A DNA stretch of 56,436 nucleotides from Folioceros fuciformis (taxonomy: Eukaryota), in contig JBNGIO010006232.1 in assembly GCA_049999805.1 (NCBI GenBank), forward strand, positions 211,340-267,775, written 5' to 3'. Below are positions 46,635-56,436 of the stretch, piece after piece (within the stretch, counting starts at the first letter, position 1; every line of letters starts with the position of its first letter). The notes beneath the pieces were generated by a model. That model did no database searches. It was not told where the DNA came from and saw only the letters and a list, made by a program, of their open reading frames with translations. The position numbers and the translations under genes are program-made.

Positions 46635-48037
46635 GTGACAGCTGCCTTGCACAATCCTTGGGTGAGTCCCTTGGCTGGTGTGAAGTCGGGCCAGGCATCG
46701 AGGATCAGGGTTCCCGGAGGTGCTGGCAACGAGAGGGAGCAGCTGGAGTTTTTCTTTGATGAGGGAAGGCTCAGTGATGTGGTCGAGGCGTTGGACCTTG
46801 TGATGCAGCGATCCTCGTTCATTTTCCACATTCACTGCGATCGTGTTCTCAAAGGGGGATATTGACAAGCGTGTGCCTGCTTTCTCTTAGAAGTGGGTAT
46901 CAGCTGCACGTAACGGGTCAACCACATCATTCGTTCAGGATATGGGGAGCATAGGAGTGGTCATGAAGCTCTGGGTCTCTATGTCAATATGCTACACGAG
47001 GGTGTGACTCCTGATGATTTCACATTTTCCAGTGCGAAGTTGGTGACTGTCAACTGCCTGGTAGATCTGTGTTCCAAGTTTGGGAGGTCGGAGGAGGCGT
47101 GCACAGTGTTTTGACAGACTCCCTACAAGGTATGTGTCAACATGGACTGCGCTTCTGGAAGGTTGTGCTGAGGTATGTGTCAACATGGACTGCGCTTCTG
47201 GAAGGTTGTGCTGAGCACAATGATGGGAAAATGACCATGGACTGCCTCCGGAAGATGCAAGAGCAGGGCCTCGAGCCGTATGGTCCACTTTTCAGTGTCT
47301 TCTGGTACCTTGCAGTCATTGGGCCTGGTAGGTGAGGACCGGCGGTACGTCTAGACAATGGTGAAGGACCATGGGACTGCACGTATAGGATTTTATAATG
47401 TGTGCATTGCAGATCTGCCTGGGCGTTCTAGCCGTACAGATGAAGTAGCGGTTGTTGTGCATGTGCAGTATGCCACGTGAGGGTAAGGTTGTGGGTTGGA
47501 CTTGCTTGTCCAGTCCTTTCAAAAATCAGGGCGGTATGGAGCGCGTCTTATCGTACTGGAGCCTGAAGATACGTGTTCACTTTTCGCAGTAAAGTACTAA
47601 AGCGCAGGCCATTGGGCGGTTGCACAAGAGAGGAGTTGCGAAAGCTTGCAGGAGCTGAGAAGAACCTCTGCAAAGGCGTGCATGGAAGTAGAGAATGAGG
47701 TGCACCAGTCCAGAGTGGGAGAAGAAGAAGAGGATGACACATCTTGCAACCTCATGACCTGTGGCTGAAGGAGGAAGGCCATGTGCCTGCCACACGCAGA
47801 GCTGGTGATTAACGTAGTGTCACAGCCGGTACAGGAAGATGCCTTGTGTGGACACGAGTGGAATCTGGCATTGGCATATATGGTCCGGTAACAACACCAG
47901 ATTGCACACGGCCCTGCTCATCGGGAAGAATCTTCATGCGCAACGAAGATCAGGGAAAGACGGGATGTAGTGGTCAAAGATATACAACGTTCGCATCGTT
48001 TTGTAGTGGCTCGTTTTCCTATGGCGGAATGCATTAA
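46635..48037 (+). pseudogene. Heavily degraded PLS-PPR DYW:KP pseudogene
   Basis: DEGRLSDVVEALDLV (PPR N-terminal motif), NCLVDLCSKFG, STWTALLEG...MQEQGLEP, and DYW remnants QEDALCGHEWNLALAYGPVTTPD...KNL...DVVVKD...SFSYGGMH*. Many frameshifts, plus a ~44-bp internal duplication at ~47128-47215. Confidence 0.8.
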
Positions 48038-49075
48038 ATAGTACAGGCTTGACGCTAGGATCTGCAGGTTTTTTAAAATAATACTCGAGGACTGGACACG
48101 TAATTCATATTGCTGGACGCTGTGGAGCCTTTTATGTAATTTGTGGATCAAATTTGAAGTCCCTGTAGCCTGTGGATATAGCAAATGGATGCCTGTTTCT
48201 GTTTCCGTTGCTTCCAAGGGACTGTCGTTGGATCTGACCAGCATAACTTGGAAGCCATGTTCCTCTTCTCTGCAATGGAGTTCCTGGTGGGAACCTACCT
48301 GTCCATCATGACTTTCTAACTATCTTACACTGGTTTGCACGTCTTTGGTGGGAGCCAGTCAGGGTTCAGGATATTTGAGTAGCTTGAATTGCCACCCACG
48401 AGTTGTGAATATTTGTCTTGATGTCCCCGTTGCGTCCCTGATTCATTTTCAACAAAGAGTCGTCAACAAGGAGAATCGCTAGTGAAAGATCAGCTTGTCA
48501 ACACACAAGCCGTTCAAAAGACCAATCGATCCCTGGGACAAGAGTGAAGGCATGCCAATGACATGTAACATATTTATTGTTTTCCTAGTGAACAATGGTA
48601 AAGAGTGAGAAAACTTGAAGAACTTAGAAGAACATGTTGTAAACAGCATCGCGAAAGTCCACACAAACCAGTAGTGGAGAAGGGAGCCAGATCCTCGTGA
48701 AAAATAGGGGGTTAGCATGCAAGCCCCACCCAGCTTTTCAAGGACGTACAAATAGCCTGGGCTGCTGCTTACCAGCAAGCTTGAACTAAGGGCCATAACG
48801 CCGCACAGAAGAAGCACGAACATAGCAGCACCAATTTTGCCTTGGCAAGCTTGGCCTCCTTGCAGCGAGGGAAACGAATACTGACACCTGCCGACCCATG
48901 GCAGTCTTGCAAGCTCCATGAACCTGGAACAGAGGACCAGAATGGCGAAGAAGAAGCAAGAGCTCATATATTGAGCAGCACACGTACACGCAGGATGTGT
49001 ACAAGAGGGCAAGGCAAGCCAAGGCAAATAAGAGGAAGAGGAGAGGGAAGAAGAGGAAGAGGGAAGCATAGGTTG

Positions 49076-50554
49076 TCATTGATCCTTGTTCGCAGCAGGT
49101 GTCCTGGCAATCCTTGGTGGCGTCACCAGGCGGCCAAAGAGGATGACCAGGATGGGCAGCACCGTCCCAGACCACCACATGCTACGGTAAGTCTGGATCG
49201 TGTCGGACGCATCCAGCACCAAAAATCCAATGCAGGAATAGTGCAGCACGAAGGAGGCGAACGAGGCTCCCACAAGCCACGCCACAGCCCGACCGAGACG
49301 AGTCCGCGCCATAACTAGCTGCCATTTGTAGATGACCCTGGCCCCGGCGATCATCAATGCCGTGTGCACAAAAAACAGAAAGTAGCCCGGATACAGCCCA
49401 TGCCAAACAGCGCTCACCACCTGGGTGGCGAGCAACTGCAAGAAACCGGGCTTCCTCCCCCTGCCCACCAGCCGCTGATACACGTAGACTCTCAGCCAGG
49501 TCCCGACGTGGATGTTCCAGAAGAGCGGCAGCTCCGCTCCACTGCCCGCAAACTCCACCCTCGGGATGTCCACGTTCCTGGCCCGATCCCACTTGGGTCC
49601 CCCGGACCCCAGCCCGCTGAATCCCAACCCGGACACGATGACTGCCGCCTCCGACAGGCTCCAGATGAAGTAGTACTTCCACCTTGCTGTGAATCCGCAC
49701 ATCCAGACGAAGCAGAAGCGCTTCCAGACCGGCCAAGCCTGGTAAGCCGAACTGGACAGAAACGACAAAGGGAAGAGGGGGGACAGATACATGAAGAGCA
49801 GCATGCAAATGGCGGATCTAGCCACGGCCCGCAGCGTGGCTCCCCAGGGTGCGGCAACCGGCCCAGCCCACAATCCTTTCCGCAGCGTCCAGTCCTGGTA
49901 GGCTCTGTACTCGTACACTGGCCCCGCCAGGTGAGTTCCGCAGCAGAAACAGAATCCCAGATATTCGATCAGGGATGGCAACGTTCGAATGATCCTCTTC
50001 TCCCGCTCCTTGTCCAGCTGCTGCTGAGGCAGCAATTTCTGCTCTGGTTGATTCTGTTGCTCACGCTGTTGCTGCTCCTGGAGTTGGCCGATGGCGGACG
50101 GGGAGGCGTCCTGGTAGTTCATGGCGGCTGCAATCACCTTGAGGGTGAGGACCATGAGGGCGCCCGTTGCGTCAATGCCCCCTTCCTTCCAGGCGTCCCC
50201 GCTCATGAAGCGGACATGACAGACCAGGAGGAACCCGAAGGCAAGGAGGAAGGTGAGGGAACCGCAGCGAGGGCGGAAGAGGAGCATGGAGAGGTAGGAG
50301 GCGAACACGGGGAGAGAGCATAGCAGCACGGCCTGCCATCCGAAGGCCAGGTAGGTGAGGAGCAGACCCGAGACGGCAGCGTAGACGTGGCGGACGCCAG
50401 GAAGCGACCCCGGCACCAGACGCCATGCCCAACTCGCCGGGACAGTGGCCGCGAAGGCGATCAGGAAGCGCAGTACGGGGACCGAGACCCCCAGCAGCTC
50501 CGAGGCCTGCGCCAGATCTACGGACCCAGAGCTGTTGTTACTGCTGCTGCCCAT
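49076..50554 (-). CDS. LPLAT1: MBOAT lysophospholipid acyltransferase (LPLAT/LPCAT), intronless
   Basis: LGVSVPVLRFL, MSGDAWKEGGIDATGALMVLTLKVI, PSLIEYLG..CCGTHLAGP, TARWKYYFIWSLSEA..SGLGFSG, WDRARNVDI, WNIHVGTWLR.YVY, catalytic VSAVWHGLYPGY. Confidence 0.95.
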   Translation of the reverse strand: MGSSSNNSSGSVDLAQASELLGVSVPVLRFLIAFAATVPASWAWRLVPGSLPGVRHVYAAVSGLLLTYLAFGWQAVLLCSLPVFASYLSMLLFRPRCGSLTFLLAFGFLLVCHVRFMSGDAWKEGGIDATGALMVLTLKVIAAAMNYQDASPSAIGQLQEQQQREQQNQPEQKLLPQQQLDKEREKRIIRTLPSLIEYLGFCFCCGTHLAGPVYEYRAYQDWTLRKGLWAGPVAAPWGATLRAVARSAICMLLFMYLSPLFPLSFLSSSAYQAWPVWKRFCFVWMCGFTARWKYYFIWSLSEAAVIVSGLGFSGLGSGGPKWDRARNVDIPRVEFAGSGAELPLFWNIHVGTWLRVYVYQRLVGRGRKPGFLQLLATQVVSAVWHGLYPGYFLFFVHTALMIAGARVIYKWQLVMARTRLGRAVAWLVGASFASFVLHYSCIGFLVLDASDTIQTYRSMWWSGTVLPILVILFGRLVTPPRIARTPAANKDQ

Positions 50555-51355
50555 AGCCGCCGCTGCTGCTACCTCCTCTGCCTCCTCAGCCCAAGCCCTG
50601 CGTTCTTAATTACACGCTATCTCCAGCTGCTAGATCCCGGCTGCTGATTCTGCAAAGTTTTCGTGTCGGGGACGGATTTAGAACTGTCCGCATCGGGCAC
50701 AGGAGTTCCTCGTTGAAGCCGCGCCAGCTCTTATTCTCTCACCGATGCTCGGTATCTAGAGGCCCCTTTGGGACCGAGGGGACTTCGACAACGGGAGGGG
50801 CTGACAGCCAGGATTCAGTCCATAGACATGCGATTTTAATTTGATGGTCGTGCTTATGCCTAGTGGTTGCCCTCACTGGGATTCAGCTGCCATCTTTGAC
50901 TCTCACACACAACAGTCACGATGATGTCGGTGCTTCATGTGACTGCATTTCCCCTCAACGTCCCCATCTGTCGCAGTAGCTCCATCCGTCTGGCCCTGAA
51001 ATTAGATTCGACACCTCTGATTTCTTCTCTCATAACAATTGCCTGCGGAGGCGTGATGGACTCGGTAGCTAGAAGAAGGGATCGGGACTGGAGACACCTC
51101 ACAAATCACACACGAGGTGACGGAGCAGAGTTGCCCTCATGGTCACCAGGTACTAGTGATTTTGTTGTGACCAGACTGGATCAAGAGTCAAGGGACAAGC
51201 TCGTCAGCGAGATGGGAGTCTCAGATTACTCTTCTTTGTGAACAGTCTAAGAGCAACACTTCTGCAGGAGGGTATGGTCTCCTCGGGGAGAGAGCAGTTG
51301 CATATCTCTAGAGAACATGCCACACCTTCGACCGAAGGTACACTTACGTCAATGC

Positions 51356-53930
51356 CTATCCCCCAGATGAACAAAATCCATGAAGGAAACGATGCACCCT
51401 GTGCATCTCGACCTGTAATCTCTCGCTGTTCAAGGCGTGACATGACCTTGGTGATGCTGCGGCAGTCGTTGCACATTCGAAGGTTTCTGAGTCAGTACCA
51501 AGTGTGCCATCAGGAGTTGCCAAGGCAAACTGCCCTCCATGGCCACACGAGGCATCTTCCTCCTCCTGTTCGGACACTGCTTTCAGCACCAACTATGTTT
51601 GCTTCTTCAACCTCGTATTTACACTCGCCAGCGTTGACGAGATGCCAGACCTCTCCTCTCCCACAGTAAACTGATCCACCGTCCTCTGCACACCATTGCA
51701 GCCTACTTCCAAGTAAGTGCCGACATTCTAAGCCTCTCGATTGTGCCCACGTCTTCCCACCCGCCAGCGTTCGCGTGGATGGTACCACCCAACAAAACAT
51801 ATGCTGAGGCATTCCAGGTTTCCATTCTGTAAGATGCTCGAAACATCGCCTTTCATCCTTTGTATCACCATGTCACTCAGATGTCTTGATCGCCCAACAG
51901 GGTATACTATGCAGTTGTAGTGGTCATCTGTGGGTACAGTACCGTGGTCCTCCAGCATTATTTCGGGGTACCGCTGTCCCTCCTCCACCAGAGCTTCGGG
52001 ACAGCATGCCACAAGTAGAGAGGCAAAGGTGGACTCATTAGGCTCCACGCCTTGCTGACACATCTCATCAAACCACTGCTTGACCTTGGACCATTGCCAT
52101 ATTTGGCACGGCCGTTGAGCAGAGCACTCCATGTAACCACAACCCTTGGGGGCAATCTGTCAGCTCCTCAGCGAGCGCCTTCCAGGCTCCCACACTGAGA
52201 AAACATGTTCACCAGGCAGTTGCCAACCATTACACACTGTTCCTGAATCTCTGCATGACGCTCCCTCCTATAATGCACCGCTCCCACACTGGCAGATGCT
52301 TGAACGACACAAATGTGACTGGGGCCAGTGCCCCCCTGCTGTATACTGGCAATACACGTGAGCTAGAGCTTCACGACCGGGCCCCTGCTCAGTGTATCCT
52401 GCAATCATGGCATTCTGAGTCACCTCGCCACTTGGTGGCAATTTGGGAACAAAGCACGAGAATCCTCCAGGCTTCCAAATTTGGCATACATGCCCACCAG
52501 ACTGCTGCAAAACAGAGGAGTCAGTTTCCGGGCCCCGATTACAAATGTATGCATGAAGCTGCATCCCCCAGTGAAAAGCCCCTACGCTGGCATATGCTTG
52601 AAGGAGGCAGAGAAATGGAATGTGATGGGCTGACGTCAAGTCTGATGGTCTGAGCCGCATCCTGTCATACAGATCAAGAGCTTAGAGCTTCTATACCAAA
52701 CGCTCGGTGAGAATATCCTGCCATCCCGGCACTGCATATCACCACATCTTTCGTGGGGAATGAATCAAACACTTGGCGAGCATCACCTACACTCCCGCAT
52801 TTGGAGCATACGTTCCCCAGGCAGTTACCTGCAACAACATTAGCTGCAAGCCCTTCCAGATCGATCTACAATATGAAGCTGCCTCCCCTGCTGCAAGGCC
52901 CCAACGCTTGCACACAATGCTTTTAGCAGGCACACACATGTAACTCGGTCACCCATGATGATGCTCTCCTGTTGCACGCCGGCATGTAGAGTGAGGGCTT
53001 CGTGCTTCTTGTACCATTCCGTGGTTTGCATATCCCTAATTTACGGCAGTCCATGCCATAACATCTCTCGTGGGTTGTAGGTCAAACAGTGTGGAGACGC
53101 TCGCAGCGAGGAGATGCTCTCCACGCTGTCGCAGTTTGCAGCATCTGTCCACCAAGCAATTGCCAACAAGAATATCAGCATCTACCGGATATCGTTGCCG
53201 GGTCTTCTTGTGAAGCTGCTTCCCTTGATACAAGGCTTCCACACCAGCACACGGTTATAGTAAGTGCACCAATTTACCCTTACGGACTTGTAAGCCAGCA
53301 AGCTGCATCCTATCGTATCGTACAGAGGGGAAACGTCTTCACCAAGACCTACGGGGCATACCCTGCCATCACAACATTCCATGCCACCACCGTCTTCGTG
53401 GCCAGTGCATCGAAACCTTTGCGAGACTCCTCCAAGCTCCCGATTCCGGCAAGCTGCCACCGAAATTATCAGACTTGGCATGCACTTCCCTCCCTGCGAC
53501 TCAGTCCGTGGCAGACGCGCAGGCTTCAGAACTGCCACTTAGATGTGCTATCTTGTGCCCGAAGTCAGGAAGGAGGGGACTGGGCTTGTCCACCCTGTTG
53601 TCCCGCCGCTGCCTGGGATCCAAGAAGACTTGATGCCACAGCCGCTCCTCCCCAGTCTCTGCGGCACCAACAGCCTGCCAGGTATAAGCCCTGCACAATC
53701 GCGTCCCGGATGAAACGCAGCGAAGATTGCCACTATTGGAAAATCCGCAGCTCAACATCGTCAGCGGAAGGGGGGATGGCAACAATTCCACTAATGCGGT
53801 GGCCATGCTCCTCTTCCAAGGCGCCCACCACCGGGTTGGATCCTGATGAATGGGAGCCAAAAACATGAGAGCGATGTCCAGCCCCCGTCGCCATCCGCGC
53901 GATGGAATCTCCTTCTCACCTGCCCCCATC
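51356..53930 (-). pseudogene. Degraded PLS-PPR DYW:KP pseudogene
   Basis: PPR remnants (VVAGNCLGNVCSKCG, TCVCLLKALCASVGALQQGRQLH, VTWSALLNG, QGVEPNESTFASLLVAC, PTDDHYNCIV) and DYW remnants EEEDASCGHGGQFALA, NLRMCNDCRSITKVMSRLEQREI..RDA, VHRFLHGFCSSGG. Many stops and frameshifts. Confidence 0.85.
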
Positions 53931-54135
53931 ATTGCAGATGCTCGTCGTCGGCACAATCGTACGCAGGTTATCATGCAGCTGCCGGAGTTGCATTGTTGCT
54001 ATGGTTTCCCATCGATCCGCTGTCCTTGTAAATATATAGCATGCCAAAGCGGACACACACTCTCTCTAACTATTTTAATTGTTTTTTATCAATACGAATA
54101 TTTTCTTCCAATGCCCAGTAACCAACCAGCCAGAT

Positions 54136-54774
54136 AGTAACAACGCTGGTTTGAGTGCCAAGCAAGTAAGCTCTATGCATAGGCATGTTTAGCGGAGCAC
54201 GTGACTAAGAGCATGAGAAGTATGCAGCCCTAGGAAACATGAGACGTATGCAGCCCTAGGAAACATGAGAAGTATGCAGCCCTAGGAAACATGAGAAGTA
54301 TGCAGCCTTGTGTGTGGTAGTGAGTAATAGCTTAAGGCTTAAGTAAGTAGTTGCTAAATTAGTGACTAGAGCTTGTGTATAAAAAGGGACCTAGCCAAGG
54401 GCTAAAGACAGTTGAGTTGAGTTCGGTATTTCCTTAAAGCCTTGAGAGCACTGGTGCTTGGGCAACGTCTTGAGAGCATGTGTTGCTTGGGCTATGAGCA
54501 CATGAGAGCTGTGCTATGAAGGAGCCGTGGGAGGAGGTCAAGAGAAGGGAGAACTAAGCTCCTAGCTTAGGCAAAGATGGGGAGTTCTCTCTAGCCCTCC
54601 AGCTTTAACTCGTGGTTTGAATAAAGAGCAGCAGCAAGGGTGCTTGTTGCGAGTCCTCCTAAAAGAGGAGGGCGGGCTACTTGGAGGCCTAGTGTTGTGT
54701 CTGGTGTATAATTACTCACCCTTGCCTTTGCTTCTAACTATGTGATTCTGCCCCACCCTAAAGGAGGTGTTACT
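54136..54774 (+). mobile_element. Putative 5' LTR (~639 bp) of an LTR retrotransposon, followed by a tRNA-iMet PBS
   Basis: Inverted termini AGTAACA (54136) and TGTTACT (54768-54774); TATAAAAA at ~54378; internal ~26-bp tandem repeat at 54211-54308; PBS-like TGGGTATCAGAGC at 54777-54789; a broken ORF start at 54828. Confidence 0.7.
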
Positions 54775-54936
54775 TGTGGGTATCAGAGCATAGGTTGAAG
54801 CATCCTTGACTAATACGCTAGTTAACGATGGCAGATCCTGCTAAGTCAGGAAGAGCGGAGAGGGTACACCGCAAGATGAGGCCCCGCTTACCGAAGCCGT
54901 TGTGGAAGAGCCACAACTGGATCCTCAAGTCGTGAG

Positions 54937-55431
54937 AACGACAGAGGAAGGAGCTTTGGAGCAGAGGACCGGTACCACCATAGAGGACCAGCTCCAGAAA
55001 ATCATGAAGAGACTTGACCCCCTGGATCAAGAGATTAGAGGCAAATAGAGGCTCGTTGAAGAAGAGCCAAAAGAAGTGGAGCCCGAGCCTAAGATCAGTG
55101 CTCCTAAGAAGGCCAAGAAGTTGAGATTGAATATTCCAGCCCCTAAGGTTACAAGGGCGAGCGTAACGTAGAGAAAATCAAATCTTGAATCTTCTCTACA
55201 TCACTCTTGCCCTTGTAACTCTTAAGGGGCTGGAATACTCAATCTCAACTTCTTGGCCTTCTTAGGAGCACTGATCTCAGGCTCGAGCTCCACTTCTTCT
55301 GACTCTTCTTCAACGAGCCTCTATTTGCCTCTGATCTCTTGATCTAGGGCATCAAGTCTCTTCATGTTTTTCTGGAGCTGGTCTTCTATGGTGGTACCGA
55401 TCCTTTGCTCCGAAGTTCCTTCCTCCGTCGT
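54937..55431. repeat. Long imperfect inverted duplication (~225-bp arms, ~45-nt loop) of retroelement internal sequence
   Basis: ~54937-55161 is the diverged reverse complement of ~55205-55431, e.g. GATCAGTGCTCCTAAGAAGGCCAAGAAGTTGAGATTGA vs TCAATCTCAACTTCTTGGCCTTCTTAGGAGCACTGATC. Confidence 0.9.
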
Positions 55432-56436
55432 GGCCACTTCTTCTTAGTCTTTGCATCAAAGGGGACAAAGAAAAAACACGACACACACGTATAGATTTTA
55501 GGGTTTAGGGACTTAAGCGCCTCTTAGTTTTTATGTTTGAACTTTAGAAATGGTGTTTTCCCTCTTTCCTCTCTGGTGGCCTTCTTTCGACAATGTGTAT
55601 CCATTGCTTTGTAAAGAGCATTGGCCAACGCAATTTTTAGGACTACCACAAGCGTAGGTCAAGCAGCTTCTTCAAACACTAGCGGTAGGTAGACCTTTTG
55701 TTATTCCACATTCTAGACATTTTGGGAGCAATATTCAAAGGGGCTAGTACCCCTTTTTGCCTTTGGTCCTACTCGGGTTATTCCTCCAATCTTTGGAGTA
55801 GATGGGATTTTCCATCTCTTTTTCAACAATAAAAAATACACTAACTTTGCAAAATTGTCATACATGTTTACTATTGTCTACAATTGGATCTTTACAGCAT
55901 ATTCTCTATTCATGGTTTGTAGGCCCCATAGTTACACCTTGTATATGGATTTGGGGTTTTCCTTTAGCCCAGAACCCCCATTGTCGTGCGAGGTGATCAT
56001 TGAACTGCTTAGAGCTGCTTGGCCTCCAACACTAGGACTTGTTGCAAGTATACTGGGAGTCAACACTATCCCAAGCATACTCTTACTTTGCAATTGTGGA
56101 CAAAATGAGTCCTCTGTCCAAGCAAGCATGCTATTGTATAAGATTGAAGGGTGTCGGTCCAAAAATAAACATTGGAGTAAACCTCCAAAAGCACACGAGA
56201 CCTGTTTTCGGAGCAAGAAAAATTCCCTTTCTTCTTTTTTTTCCTATATTTGATATTCCTTGTGGACCCGGGCCTCTTGGAAGAAAGTACATGCCGGACT
56301 TCATCGAACGCAGTCAGTGAATCCGGCATGACCAAGACTCCATACTTTGGCAGCATGCAGGTCGCACGGCGTAACTATCTTGAGCGGTTCCAGGCGTACA
56401 AAGGTCACTGAGCATAGAGTCTTAACGCTCGCGTAC

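Noticed and set aside
49364..50323. 319-aa plus-strand ORF
   Set aside because: Antisense shadow of the GC-rich LPLAT gene.
55497..55510. TTTAGGGTTTAGGG telomere-like motif
   Set aside because: Only two units; not a telomere, and no linked gene was identified.
55800..56253. CNCG...KH, SWIM-zinc-finger-like trace of a MULE relic
   Set aside because: Needs a frameshift and lacks the third Cys; too weak to call.

Overview
Gene-dense, intron-bearing land-plant nuclear DNA. It is most likely a hornwort, inferred from the co-occurrence of DYW:KP- and WW-type PLS-PPR editing factors, short (~80-110 nt) introns and tight gene spacing. It comes from a short-read scaffold with N gaps and a Nextera adapter remnant. 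The window is dominated by organellar RNA-editing PPR genes: one intact PLS-E-DYW:KP gene (candidate U-to-C editase) sits head-to-head with a deaminase-truncated WW-type PPR, next to a second tandem WW-type copy that appears frameshifted; three PPR pseudogenes or fragments are also present. Other genes: an RTN4IP1-like MDR oxidoreductase (partial), a highly divergent double-AP2 protein with a pseudogenised paralogue, vacuolar processing enzyme, HHL1, FLAP1, a FAHD2-like hydrolase, an unknown AT-rich 4-exon gene, BIC, a CWH43/PGAP2IP-like protein, an mL80-like mitoribosomal protein, a bacterial-type cupin and an MBOAT lysophospholipid acyltransferase. Non-genic structure includes a CTAG-rich hairpin satellite, a gag-like retroelement relic, and an LTR with AG...CT termini followed by a ~225-bp foldback. 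All calls are by eye; no database searches were run.
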